DNA from: Nemertoderma westbladi
Taxonomy: Eukaryota > Animalia > Xenacoelomorpha
Assembly: GCA_032718475.1 (NCBI GenBank)
Contig: JAUCBJ010001865.1
Coordinates: 1 to 64,000 of the forward strand
Length of the DNA stretch: 64,000 nt
Reading direction: 5' to 3'
The notes beneath the pieces were generated by a model. The model had not been told where the DNA came from. It saw only the letters and a list, made by a program, of their open reading frames with translations, and did no database searches. Shown here in pieces: positions 13,851-27,798 of this stretch. The translations under genes were made by a program, and so were the position numbers. Every line of letters starts with the position of its first letter. Within the stretch, counting starts at the first letter, position 1.

Positions 13851-15734
13851 CTGCAGGGAAACAAAGTAAAAATTATAATAATAGCAACAAATTAGATCAA
13901 ATTAGCTTTCGTGTTCTTGAATGAGTGCAAGAATATTTGTAAGAATAGTGTGAAAGTCTTAGTTGAATATGAAAAAATGTTAATAAGGATATTAACTGAA
14001 AGTTTGGTTCTATTTCATCAATGATTGACTGACTTATTAGCGTACAAACATTTTCAATGGCGACGACATACGGTCCACTAATTATACCGCGACGCAAAGG
14101 TTTACCTAGACCTCGAGGCTCGCCCCACTTATTAACTATATACGACATTGTTCATAAAATAGTACTTTATAGCGTTACGGCACGAGTGATGTTGTTTGTA
14201 CGAAGGCCATAAAAACTTTAAAGTGCTAATTATGAACAATGGCGTATCTAATTTTATTTATTTGTGAGGAATTATTTGTTATGTATATTTAAATATTATA
14301 TAACAACCTTGTAACAGGAAAGCATAACATAATTACAAACAATTTTATCTCGCATCAAAGTTGCATAGTTGATTAACACGTTGGGTTGTTAATTTAACAA
14401 AAGTTTGAATCCCACAAAAAAGTTGGGAACGATTCGATGTGTGATATTCGAAATATTTGCATATTATCAACATTATGGAACGCGAAATTAAATACTCATA
14501 ACTACACTTTGAATAGAATCAGAACAGCTGAACAACATTTCACTAATTGTCTATTGGAGTTACGTGCATTATTTATATCGTTAATTATTAATTGTTCTAT
14601 CTATTTTCAGTCAGTTAGTGTAATATCAAGCAGTACATAATTTATATATTCTGTTTCCTTTACTGGAACTGCAGTAGGCCTACTACAGTTCAAATTACGC
14701 ATCAATCGAAATCAGTAAATCGTTATTTTTTTCAGATAAAATAGTGTCTCCGATAAAAAAAAAACGTGTCGCAATGAACTTGTCACTCGATGGCATTTAT
14801 GAATTAAAAACCTGCCAACTCGTGCAAAACTCAACACATACGGACATAATACGAACATCAACGGACATAATATTTAAATTTCGGCAATTAAAATTAGTGA
14901 CAAAAAATGCTTCTTTCCGATACTTATTTCTTATCGAAGAACATTACTTTCATTAAAAAATAAAAAAAAATAACAAAAAAAAACAAGAAAAGGAAAAAAA
15001 CATTTCTTCTTAAGCTTAAAAGGTGGAAAAATAATAAATAAAAACATGGAAATGAAAATTGAACATTTCTCAGCCAAAAAGAAAAAAAGAAATACTTTCA
15101 ACCCATAAAAGGGAAAACACCACCGTGTTTATTATTATTTTTTCCATTGGAAAGAAGTAATCATTTTTCCCCCGATTTTGGTGTATATTCGAGCGAAAAA
15201 GTAATATAAGAACAAAAATTATTTCGCTTTTTTCCATTCCACACAAATAAATAAAGCTACGAATCATGATAAAATTAGCTCTATGTAGCGCTGTCAAAGT
15301 ATGAGTGGCATGGTGATGATTCGTACATATTAAGACTGTTCTGTCAAGACTAAATTATAAATATTTAATAAGATTATTGGTAGGAAGAAGAATCCATTTC
15401 AAAAGGAACTTCTTCTACAGGGAGTTGGTTGGCTTGAGAGGCCAATCGATGTGGTTGCAATGTGGCACACGCTGAGGACAAGTAAGAATATTGATCGAAA
15501 GGTCTCAGATAATAATGGATTCAAACAATAAGTGCCTGGTTAATGTGAGTATGTTAAATACAGTAGGATGGTCAGATATTAAGAATTGTATTAAGAGACA
15601 CTACAGTTTAGTTACAAGAAACTTACTAAGTAGTCACGTATTAATAACATTTGAAAGATTGTATTTCATCCCACTGCTGAAACATTTATTCATCACTGCA
15701 TTCCAATAGTGTAGGTGTGCGAAAAATAGGTTTT

Positions 15735-16928
15735 AACTACTGTAGGTGTCCTGAATTGAGTGGAACTACTGTAGGTGTCCTGAATTGAGTGGAACTACTG
15801 TAGGTGTCCTGAATTGAGTGGAACTACTGTAGGTGTCCTGAATTGAGTGGAACTACTGTAGGTGTCCTGAATTGAGTGGAACTACTGTAGGTTTCCTGAA
15901 TTGAGTGGAACTACTGTAGGTGTCCTGAATTGAGTGGAACTACTGTAGGTGTCCTGAATTGAGTGGAACTACTGTAGGTGTCCTGAATTGAGTGGAACTA
16001 CTGTAGGTGTCCTGAATTGAGTGGAACTACTGTAGGTTTCCTGAATTGAGTGGAACTACTGTAGGTGTCCTGAATTGAGTGGAACTACTGTAGGTTTCCT
16101 GAATTGAGTGGAACTACTGTAGGTGTCCTGAATTGAGTGGAACTACTGTAGGTTTCCTGAATTGAGTGGAACTACTGTAGGTGTCCTGAATTGAGTGGAA
16201 CTACTGTAGGTGTCCTGAATTGAGTGGAACTACTGTAGGTGTCCTGAATTGAGTGGAACTACTGTAGGTTTCCTGAATTGAGTGGAACTACTGTAGGTGT
16301 CCTGAATTGAGTGTAACTACTGTAGGTGTCCTGAATTGAGTGGAACTACTGTAGGTGTCCTGAATTGAGTGGAACTACTGTAGGTTTCCTGAATTGAGTG
16401 GAACTACTGTAGGTGTCCTGAATTGAGTGTAACTACTGTAGGTGTCCTGAATTGAGTGGAACTACTGTAGGTGTCCTGAATTGAGTGGAACTACTGTAGG
16501 TTTCCTGAATTGAGTGGAACTACTGTAGGTGCCCTGAATTGAGTGGAACTACTGTAGGTGTCCTGAATTGAGTGGAACTACTGTAGGTGTCCTGAATTGA
16601 GTGGAACTACTGTAGGTGTCCTGAATTGAGTGGAACTACTGTAGGTGTCCTGAATTGATTGGAACTACTGTAGGTGTCCTAAATTGAGTGGAACTACTGT
16701 AGGTGTCCTGAATTGAGTGGAACTACTGTAGGTGTCCTGAATTGAGTGGAACAACTGTAGGTGTCCTGAATTGAGTGGAACTACTGTAGGTGTCCTGAAT
16801 TGAGTGGAACTACTGTAGGTGTCCTCAATTGAGTGGAACTACTGTACATTAGGTGTCCTGAATTGAGTGGAACTACTGTAGGTGTCCTGAATTGAGTGGA
16901 ACTACTGTAGGTGTCCTGAATTGAGTGG
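15735..16928. repeat. 29-bp minisatellite, about 41 copies
   Basis: Contiguous unit aactactgtaggtgtcctgaattgagtgg with no spacers. Confidence 0.97.
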
Positions 16929-17846
16929 CGGGTGTGTTTTTTGTGAAAATATAAGGAAACCGCGGGTTTAAGTAAGCGCGCGAAGCCAATTTAAAAAATC
17001 GCCTGTGATTGGCAATTGCAGAATTGATTAATGTCACTTGGAATGCAGAACTGACGTCACAATTCGGTGCTGCCATTAAATTTAACGTTGCATCCTATGG
17101 ATTTTGATCCATTTCAACACATATTAAATCTAAATTATTTCAAACCTCATTTATATAATTGGAAAGCGGAGAGTCTTGTGCATCTTTTGGCACCTAAATT
17201 AATTATATTCAAGAAGAGGAACGTTGATAATATGCCGTTTGTAATTATTGTAAACTCATCGAATCATAAACACTTTTCGCTAAACTAGATTGAGATTCAT
17301 TTAGGTTTCATTTATTTTCAAAGTTTTATCTTTAAATAGGCCTACATTTATTTTGTGCCAGAATATTTTCTATTATTAGCCACAGGCAATTTGGTCTGGT
17401 GCTGGTGGTGACTTTCGCACCATACAATGCTTAGGTTAAGGTTCTATGGAAGCTTGGATAGAGAAGCACTGTCATTGTCCACAGTACTTTAATAGCAACC
17501 GTTAATGTACAATCCTTCAACCTTCAAAAAGTCGATTTAATGAGAACCAATGGAAACTTGGCAAACGGATGATGGTGGGAGAACAGACATTCGGCTTAAA
17601 GCTTAAAACAAAATCGTTAATTTTACATTACTGTACACAACGATTCAATGTATTAAGTTAAGCTTTTGCAGATGTCATCAGTGATGTAATCAATATACAT
17701 GGGTGTGAATAAATGTTTCAAATTTGTTATATCTTTATATCCATAGAGCCAGAACAAAACAAATGAAAAATTATCATTACGAGAAAAACTGAATAAAACC
17801 TTCTCATTTGTTTTACCTCTGATATTTTACAACTGTAATGTTGTAT

Positions 17847-19343
17847 ACCTGCCGAACTCCAAAGAAGCATTAAAAGCATGTCCAATAATAAAGCGAGTGG
17901 ATTAGATGAAATCCCAGCGGAGGTATGGAAAACCGGAGTGCTAAATAGACCATTATTGAATGTTTGCAACCGGATGTTAAAAGGGGAAAAGCCACCACCA
18001 ATTTGGACTAAAGGTCAACTAAAGCCCCTCCCCAAGAAAGGAGACCTCGGCATACCAACAAACTATCGTGGGATCTGTCTGCTTGTGGTAGCTGCCAAAA
18101 TATACAATAAAATGATTCTATATAGGATTAGGCCTCACATAGAGAAACTACTGCGTAAGAGCCAAAACGGATTTCGACCAAGTAGATCAACAATAGCTCA
18201 GATACTTGCACTACGGAGACTGATTGAAGGAATTAAGTCAAAGAATCTCCCCGCAGTCATGACTTTTGTGGACTTCAAGAAGGCATTCGACTCCATCCAT
18301 AGAGGTAAAATGCTTGAAATCCTAAAAGCTTATGGAATACCAGAAGTAATTGTTGCTGGCATTGGATTGTTATATTGTGACACAGAAGCGCAGGTACTCT
18401 CACCAGATGGTGAAACTGAGTTTTTCTCAATCCTGGCTGGCGTACTGCAAGGTGACACATTAGCACCATTACTATTTGTAATTGTGATGGATTACGCAAT
18501 GAGGACGGCCACAAAGGGTGAAGATCTGGGATTCACACTTCAAGAACGCAGAAGTAGTAGATATCCGGCAACTACAGTCACAGACACCGACTTTACGGAT
18601 GACATCGCCCTGCTCTCTAATACGCTAGCAGATGCACAGCTTCTACTAAATAAAGTGGAGAGGGCTGCTAAGGAGGTTGGATTGCATATAAATGCTACCA
18701 AGACCGAATTCATGACCTTTAATGTTGATGGAAACTTGACAACCATTGATAATAATCAACTAAGGGAGGTAGATGACTTCCAGTACCTTGGATCGCGGAT
18801 AGAGAGTAGCAAAAAGGACATAGAAGTTAGGAAAGCAAAGGCTTGGGTAGCTCTATCAAAAATGGATACCATCTGGAAATCAGATCTCTCCAGGCACCTG
18901 AAGACCAAGTTCTTTCGAGCCACAGTGGAAAGTGTATTTTTATACGGGGGTGAGACCTGGACACTGACTAAATCACTTGAACAACGAATTGATGGTTGCT
19001 ACACAAGACTACTAAGGGCAGCCCTAAACATCAGCTGGAGACAACACATGACAAACGCCGCGCTTTATGGTACAATACCACCTGTATCAACCACCCTCCG
19101 TGAACGCAGATTAAGATTCAGTGGGCACTGCTGGCGAAGTAAAGACGAGGTCATACCAGATCTACTTTTCTGGCAACCAACTCATGGAAAGCGTAGTCGT
19201 GGACGACCTGCCATAACATATATAGATCAACTTGAAAGGGATACTGAACTTGGAAGAAACGAAATTGCGACAACTATGGAGAATCGGGAAGCCTGGAAGG
19301 ATCTCATTTCCACTGTCCGAGTTCGCTCGACCTAGTAGTAGTA
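17847..19343 (+). mobile_element. 5'-truncated RTE LINE with open RT frame (485-aa ORF 17878-19335)
   Basis: RT motifs as in the first copy, with FTDD. The stop codon runs into a (TAG)n tail. TSD gtaatgttgtat at 17835-17846 and 19344-19355. Confidence 0.92.
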
Positions 19344-19415
19344 GTAATGTTGTATGGATCGTTCTGATTCTCCTATTACCTCAATATCTTATATCTTTCA
19401 ATATAAGAAGACTAA

Positions 19416-19807
19416 GGGGCCGTGCACAAATGATGTCACTGTAGAATGGGGGGGGGGGGGGTAGCTATACTTGTGACGTCACAATAGCACTTTTTTTTGA
19501 ACAACCAACAAATAAAATACATTTTACAAAATACAAAATTTATTACAATAAAATAAATCATTCCCATGGGAGTGAATATGTGGGGTGTCTCTTCCTTGTT
19601 TAAGTCATTGTGTACAGCTGAATTAATGAAGTATTAACATTTAGTATTAATAAGATAATAATTTCAAATTTAGCATTTTTTATTAAATATACTGGGTATT
19701 TTTTGTGACGTGACGTTCAAGGGGGGAATCGTGACAGATTGTGACAGAGGGTAGAGGGAGGGTGGAAAATCGTAAAAAAAAGCGTGACATCATTTGTTCA
19801 CGGCCTC
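19416..19807. mobile_element. MITE, PIF/Harbinger-like termini
   Basis: TIR ggggccgtgcacaaatgatgtcac ... gtgacatcatttgttcacggcctc, flanked by taa/tat. Confidence 0.7.
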
Positions 19808-20830
19808 TATAAGGTTTTAACATAAGATGCATAACGCCATCTTGCGTCATTTTGGTAAAAGAATCAATTTAAATTCTAGTTATTAAAATTATATTGTGTT
19901 GTTATGACTCTATGGTCACACGATATGAACTAAGTACAAACAAACAGAGAGATAAGTGGATTACGTGGTTGGTATAGTTTACGGTTATGGGTTGCGTAAC
20001 TAGGTATATATTAGTCATTATAGTCTTATGCAATGTGACGTCAACACCAGGTGAGTCATTGTAAATGCATCCTGCATTAATATTTAACCATCGCATCACC
20101 CATTCAAATAATCTGCTATCCTATTTAATTACCTACCCTGCAATGTGTTTTCATTTATTCTTGTGGCGTTGGACAAAAATTGTGTAAATAGTGGTTCAAC
20201 ATTTACACTTGGTACAGAACTACATAGCACAAGCTAAGACAGCAATAATCGCAAATTGGTAAAAACAAGACCCCAGCTTCAATTACCGTTGCTATGAAAC
20301 TGTCTGACTCCAGTCCAGAGTAGACGCGTTTGAAGAAAAGGATCAATTGAATTGTATCATCATGAGTATTAAGCAGTATAATTCGGACTGCGCCGACAAT
20401 ATTACAATAAAACGCAAATAAAATCAACTCACATTATATTACATTAAAACATAAAGTAAAATGACAACTACCCCAAAGAAGTCATCAATTTTCTCTAGCA
20501 TTTAGGGCTTAAATTAGTGAGTGCATTCCAGGTCGAAATAGTTATTAAATAAGTTAGAATTGGCAAGCTTGTACTGATTGAGAATGATTAGTCAACAGTA
20601 GCGGTGTATTACCATGGAGTCCTGGTTTGGTATTTAATAATGTCAGTGGATCACTTTGGACTTGGATATTTTTTAGGGCCGCGTAGCGAGACCTCTAGTA
20701 TTCACTACGTTGTTGTTGATAATTTCCAGTTAGCTTTTAGTTTTATAAGGCTTCGGCTTGCACGGCATAGCTTTCTTAAAAATGCAGCTGCAATGCAGCA
20801 TGCCGATCCTACAAGGCTTCGGCTTCATAC

Positions 20831-20901
20831 GGCGCAGTGGCGAAGTTGGTATAGCGTTGGACTTGAATCTCTAGGTACCGAGTTCAATCCTCACGTTCTG
20901 G
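20831..20901 (+). mobile_element. Degenerate tRNA-derived SINE head / tRNA pseudogene
   Basis: Box A-like tggcgaagttggtatagcg and box B-like gagttcaatcc; no clean acceptor stem. Confidence 0.4.
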
Positions 20902-21320
20902 TGAATTTTTGTTGGTAGTAATACTAATAGTAAGCCATTCAAGGAGGAGACAGTTAATGCGTTAGTAGTTAGACGTGGACATTTACACATTTGTCGCTCG
21001 GCTCCCTTTGAAACATTATTAGTTTGCAGTAATGTCCTGTAAAGTATTTCTGTACCAAATTTCAGTAAAGTATCATATTGCAGAATTCGAAGTATTTCCT
21101 ATTCTGAGCTCAAAAGCGACCGGAATAGACAATTGGGGTTACAAAAGTACCACAAATTAACCACATAACTTATTTTTAGCTTTAATTGACGCATGGGTAG
21201 ATGATTGGACAGGCCACATGGTCAGTGTCAACATTAGAAAGTTACGAGAAGCCGCTATTGTGAAAAATAATCACAGATATAAAAGAGACTATTGGCTGAG
21301 TAAGTTTGAAGTTTAATACT

Positions 21321-21529
21321 ATATAACACGAGGTACCTCTATGGGGCCTCAGCACAGCACGTATCAACTCGAATATAACACGAGGTACCTCAATGGGGCC
21401 TCTGCACAGAACGTATCAACTCGAATATAACACGAGGTACCTCAATGGGGCCTCAGCACAGAACGTATCAACTCGAATATAACACGAGGTACGTCAATGG
21501 GGGCTCAGCACACCACCTATCAACTCGAA
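21321..21529. repeat. 52-bp tandem repeat, 4 copies
   Basis: Unit atataacacgaggtacctcaatggggcctcagcacagaacgtatcaactcga. Confidence 0.9.
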
Positions 21530-23952
21530 AGGATTATATAAAACATATATATTATATAAAACAAATGAGCTTATTTTAGGTTATCAACATAATATTTTAC
21601 CTCCATTTATTTTAATAATTAGCTATAGACATACAGTCTGTCGGCTGCAATGACACAAAAAATTATTTAATTAAGGCCACTATATGACGATGGCGTCGAC
21701 TTTTTTAATGGTATTAACACAATGCAACGTTGTTGTTTGCCCTAATATCTCAAGTTACTGGTTTTATCTTGTAGGTTTGAAGACAATGAAACACCGCAAA
21801 GGACTCTGTTTGTTTACAATAGAACGAATCAATAGTTGGGAAGGAAGATACTGCTGTTCCATGTTTGGTTGCGACCACAGACTCAAACAGCTCTGTCTGC
21901 ACCCTTCATGGGTCGTATGTCAATACGATAATCTGGACTAGCGTCAGCCACATTGTCCTGCCTATTTGATGGCTGTGCTAACAACTTCTTATCTCTTCAT
22001 AATCTGATTTTAACTAATAATTCGCCATTAAATAAAAATTATGTCCGTGTAATCATATTATTATTATTATTTATTTCGTACACTGGCATGCAGTCAGGAA
22101 CAGAGTAAGTAAAGAGAAGAGACAAAAACCACAAAATAATACACAGAGAAGGCAAAGACACTATATAACAAAATAATACACGATAAAGAGATATAGTGTC
22201 ATGATAATCTACATAAAAAAATATGGAAATACAAAGTAATTAATTAGTACGTAGTGACATACACAAATAAATCGGACATTTCTGATTTTGATAAACCCGG
22301 AAGTTCAAAAGTGTCGAACTTCAAACAATTAACGAGTTCCCTAGCACAATCAACCCGCCAATTTTCTGATTCTTCTACATAAACATATCGTAAAGAATTA
22401 ATCTCCTCATTGCTTAAGTTGTTTAAATTCGGTTGCTTTAATCCATTAAAAATAAGTCTCAAATTGAGACCAATACGGCTTCTGCAGTCAAAAAGTGTTA
22501 TACGATAGAAATCTAATCGGATACTTGGAAGAGCTATACACAGATTTAATGAAATTCAGCAACCGTTTACAAATCATTATTACTCGTGGATGAGAAAATT
22601 GTACAAGGCGTTCTACAATAAATCTATGACTGTTAAAAGGTAACCCCCATATAATACGAATATTGTTGTTCCAAGCTGTAAAATTCTAGAACAATCATGA
22701 GAAAGTAAGTCCCAAACTACACTCCCATAAAAACTAGTGGCGTAAATTCTTTAAATATTTGAAATACACGAAGGTGATCGAATGAAAATTCCTGTCTTAA
22801 AATTACTAATCTTACCAATAAAAGCTCCCCGTTTAAGAATTAAGTCCCTATCTAATTTGCACCTATAGTCTAGTGTGATACCTAAATGCTGTGCTTGTTG
22901 AACCCACGAAATACTAATGTTATCTACTACTATGTTATTCAGTGGTTTACACTATTGAAGTTTTATATACCCGAAAGGTGGTTAATATATTTCAAAATAA
23001 GCCAATATTAACGTAAATGAACACTGGAAGTGAACGCAAGCAAACGTGGCATTGCTCTGACCGGAAACCAACTATTTGACCACGATAATGGCTATTATAT
23101 TTTTTTTTGTTCTAGAATATAAACTTCACCTTCTGATAGACGGTAGATAATATTTTTTAGATTAACGTGCGTGTATGTATGTGTGTGTGTGTACTGTATG
23201 TGTATGTCTGGATAATAATATTGCTAACGACTAATTATTGACTTTAAAGAAAATGACCAAAGAAAATGGCGACAGTGTTCAGTAAAACTGAACGGACACA
23301 GATGGTGGCCCTCAGTTTGCTTCTGTCGACGATGGATCAAAGATTGGCCCATGTAAACTTTCTGCCGCTATATTTCACTTTGCAGTTACCCCCAAGTGAA
23401 GAATACCAGGTTTTCACCAAAAACACAGGTTACAGAAGGGCTGAATCTAACCAAAACAATAAACGAATTAGTATATGTACAGGTTATAAGACAGAAATAA
23501 GCGCTATAAAACACTTAATAAAGATAAACAAAAAAGAATAAAAAATCTTCATATATAAAATTCCAATAAAAAATCGACCGAAAAGTGAAATCCTGGTATT
23601 CTTCACATGGGCGCAAAGATTTATCACATCCAGAGCAGGAGATACCTTCCAATAAACTTTAATTATAGATTTAAATGTATAATTAATAATGTGTACCTGT
23701 TTATAAATTTAACTTATATTCGAAATAGTACATGATAAAATGTTCAAATGAGCATCCATAAAATCATTTCCTCACATACCGAACGCGATAAGTTCACATA
23801 ATGTAACAAAATTACATACATAATTGCTTGCAATGGTCACTTTTCAGCGTTAAAGACCCTTGTTTATTTATGTAAACCTCCCTCGCTGCGCTCGCTCGGT
23901 ACATAAATAAACTCAGGTCGTAACGCTGCAAAATGCTACTTTGCACACAATG

Positions 23953-24320
23953 ATGTAAATAATTATGAATTTGGATGGGAAATAGCTGAGTTAGGGCATT
24001 CGAATGTTGCATGTATTTACTACCCCTACCCTATACAGGCCAATTATTATATTTAATAAATACACAACGTTCTAGAACATTTTGTTTATGTACTAATATC
24101 CATGTAATACCACGGCCTACGTAACGTACTAGTATTATAATTATAGGCGCATTGCATTGTTGCCAAGCTACTTATTAGTAAAACAAAATGTTCTAGAACT
24201 TTGTGTATGTATTAAATAGAATAAATGGCCCGCATTGGAAGCTAATACATGCAAAATTCGAATGCCCATATCTGCATATCTCGGCTATTTCCCAACCAAA
24301 TTCAATTATTTTTACATATT
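23953..24320. repeat. Imperfect inverted repeat (MITE-like)
   Basis: gggaaatagctgag...ggcattcgaatgttgcatgtatt...gttctagaacattttgttt is mirrored by aaacaaaatgttctagaac...aatacatgcaaaattcgaatgccc...ctcggctatttccc. Confidence 0.7.
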
Positions 24321-24777
24321 TGGAATCCTTGCACGGTTAGCTTTTTAATAGTGCCAACAAATCACTAAATGTTTGAAGAATAACTGCGGTGTAACTGGTG
24401 CAATATCGACGGAGACACTTTTTTTAAACACTTGTAGCTAAAGAATGAAAGCGAAAATAAAAATTCTGGCTCACCAAGCAAGGAGAAGGGAGGTGAAACT
24501 ATCTGTTTCAAATTCCATGCAATCTCAATAAGATTTGTAGAAAAATTTGGGGGGGGGGGGGGGGGTCCAGGTACCTGAATAACGACATTATATTCCAGGA
24601 CATGGTGTATAGTAGTGCCATTATTGCAAAGCCGACAACAATTAGATATGTGCGAGTTTTTATGTTTTTTATCAATTGATTGATGGGGCAGGTTAGTTAG
24701 TTTGATTTTAAACAGAGTAACAGAGTTTAAACAGAGTAGATATTAAACTCCTTAACTACATTAATTTTATATCTATC

Positions 24778-25278
24778 TAGTGGGGTCGCTTAAGGCAAAA
24801 ATATAGCAAAATCGTTACCGGACAAAAGCATGAAAATGTCACTATATATGTAAAAAAATGTTTAGATTAATCTGAGCCTGTGTACCAAAAATATTGACTA
24901 CTTCCCTAGCAACAGGGTGACTTTTTCCTAGCAACCGGATACTTTTGGTCGTATCTGTTATTGCAACTCGCCATAAACAAAAATTACGATTATATAACTT
25001 GGTTGGTTAAAAATAGAAATCGTGTACACGTTTCCATAGCAACCATAGTTGACCTTTCCCTAGCAACTGCCTGCAATTCTGATTGAAATGTGGTATAATC
25101 AACCTGTATAGCAATATAAGATTGTTAGTAGTTATATTAGAGCTGATACACGTTTCAATAAAAATATTTCACTTTAAGCTTATGGGGATAATGTGTGTTT
25201 ATAAAACTACAGTTGTAAAAGTATAAAAGTACAGTTAAAAATCCAAAAATGTAGCCACGGGCGGAACTGACCCCCTAA
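24778..25278 (+). mobile_element. Non-autonomous DNA element, copy 1 (inverted copy 2 ends at 29949)
   Basis: Begins tagtggggtcgcttaagg and ends near gacccccta. The first ~250 bp recur as a reverse complement at about 29690-29949. Confidence 0.6.
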
Positions 25279-26569
25279 TAATAATAATATAATAATACAA
25301 TGTTGATAGATTTCTCTAAAAAAATCTGTAAGAACTACTTCCAACTTCAATAATTTATAGCAACTGCTTGTTAGACATACTGTATATCAATCACATGATT
25401 CGTACTAGAAAGCCAGCAAGCTGGCTGGAAGGAGCCCGGGGGAAGAATCCTAGCCAAGACTATTACAAATAAACCTTGTCAGTCAGCAGTAAGTAAACTA
25501 AACAATTGTCTAAACTATAAGGCGTGGGGCTAGCTGACTTTGTGGCTCGTCCCACATAATAAAAAATGAAACATTGCTATGACAATGGTTATATGTATTT
25601 TTCAACCAATCGATTAATGTAAGTTTTAAACCACCGGTTACTTTGTATCAAATAATATGAACCGCCGTTTATTCCTAAGTCAAACACTGTTTCTGTTTTA
25701 TGATAGCAATTACAATCCGGAAAACCACCGTTTCAATGTAACACTGCAGTTTGGGAAAATTTTAACCACCGTTTCAATGTAACACTGCACTTTGGGAAAA
25801 TTTAAACCACCGTTCTAGCATATGCCAATTTGTAACCAGCGGTTTTAAAAGAGCAACCATCGGTTGAAAATTTTATACCAGAGGTTAAAAAAAGAACCGC
25901 CGAACAATTTTTTCAGTGAACACACCCGGTTATTTTAAATTTGCGTGATTTGAGTTTTATGCTCACACCACTATTTGTAAGAAATGTTAAAACTTATCTT
26001 ATGCCAATGTAGTAATAGTATTAAAATATAATTAAATTAATTTACACTATTAATGCTTCAGCTAAAAAATGATGCTAATCCTATGTAATAATAAAAATAA
26101 GAATATTATTTTTAAGAACATTCTACATATATCCTATACAAAATAATCAGCCCAATGATTCGTGGAATAATAATATAATCCTACTGCAGTGGTATAATTT
26201 ATTTTGTTTATTGACATCTCAACTATTTTCTGTCTATCCCTGAGAGCTGATAAAGGATGTGTAGACTCATCCAGCAGCCAGCAGTAGGAGGGATGTAGTC
26301 AAGAATTTCTGCATTGATGAATTCTATCTCAGGCAGCCCTGCACTCAACCATTACTACACAGCTAGCTGCTGCAGCAGCTCAGGGAGGAGTTGTTACTTT
26401 ACCATTGCTTTTAACTTCGCGACAAAATAATTTCAAAAAACGATATATATCGAATACCACACATAGAATCGATCTGATATTTTGTAACGCGATTATGAAC
26501 CACCAAAGCAATTTACTTTTAAAATTTCAACAAAATCGCCAGGCAGGAAGTGCCTGAACCTTGATAATT

Positions 26570-27720
26570 ATCAGTCAGTCAGTCAGTCAGTCAGTCAGTC
26601 AGTCAGTCAGTCAGTCAGTCAGTCAGTCAGTCAGTCAGTCAGTCAGTCAGTCAGTCAGTCAGTCAGTCAGTCAGTCAGTCAGTCAGTCAGTCAGTCAGTC
26701 AGTCAGTCAGTCAGTCAGTCAGTCAGTCAGTCAGTCAGTCAGTCAGTCAGTCAGTCAGTCAGTCAGTCAGTCAGTCAGTCAGTCAGTCAGTCAGTCAGTC
26801 AGTCAGTCAGTCAGTCAGTCAGTCAGTCAGTCAGTCAGTCAGTCAGTCAGTCAGTCAGTCAGTCAGTCAGTCAGTCAGTCAGTCAGTCAGTCAGTCAGTC
26901 AGTCAGTCAGTCAGTCAGTCAGTCAGTCAGTCAGTCAGTCAGTCAGTCAGTCAGTCAGTCAGTCAGTCAGTCAGTCAGTCAGTCAGTCAGTCAGTCAGTC
27001 AGTCAGTCAGTCAGTCAGTCAGTCAGTCAGTCAGTCAGTCAGTCAGTCAGTCAGTCAGTCAGTCAGTCAGTCAGTCAGTCAGTCAGTCAGTCAGTCAGTC
27101 AGTCAGTCAGTCAGTCAGTCAGTCAGTCAGTCAGTCAGTCAGTCAGTCAGTCAGTCAGTCAGTCAGTCAGTCAGTCAGTCAGTCAGTCAGTCAGTCAGTC
27201 AGTCAGTCAGTCAGTCAGTCAGTCAGTCAGTCAGTCAGTCAGTCAGTCAGTCAGTCAGTCAGTCAGTCAGTCAGTCAGTCAGTCAGTCAGTCAGTCAGTC
27301 AGTCAGTCAGTCAGTCAGTCAGTCAGTCAGTCAGTCAGCAAGTCAGTCAGTCAGTCAGTCAGTCAGTCAGTCACGTCAGTCAGTCAGTCAGTCAGTCAGT
27401 CAGTCAGTCAGTCAGTCAGTCAGTCAGTCAGTCAGTCAGTCAGTCAGTCAGTCAGTCAGTCAGTCAGTCAGTCAGTCAGTCAGTCAGTCAGTCAGTCAGT
27501 CAGTCAGTCAGTCAGTCAGTCAGTCAGTCAGTCAGTCAGTCAGTCAGTCAGTCAGTCAGTCAGTCAGTCAGTCAGTCAGTCAGTCAGTCAGTCAGTCAGT
27601 CAGTCAGTCAGTCAGTCAGTCAGTCAGTCAGTCAGTCAGTCAGTCAGTCAGTCAGTCAGTCAGTCAGTCAGTCAGTCAGTCAGTCAGTCAGTCAGTCAGT
27701 CAGTCAGTCAGTCAGTCAGT
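26570..27720. repeat. (CAGT)n microsatellite, about 1.15 kb
   Basis: Nearly pure tetranucleotide run with two interruptions near 27340-27375. Confidence 0.99.
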
Positions 27721-27798
27721 GTTATATATCCTGAGATTTTTACAGTAAGTATCCCGCCTGTCGAGCGGGCTCCTAATAATTAAAAGAATTGGTATAAG

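Noticed and set aside
15735-16928. CRISPR-like 29-bp repeat
   Set aside because: Units are contiguous with no unique spacers, there are no cas genes, and the context is eukaryotic.
26561-27748. 395-aa SQSV ORF
   Set aside because: (CAGT)n microsatellite.
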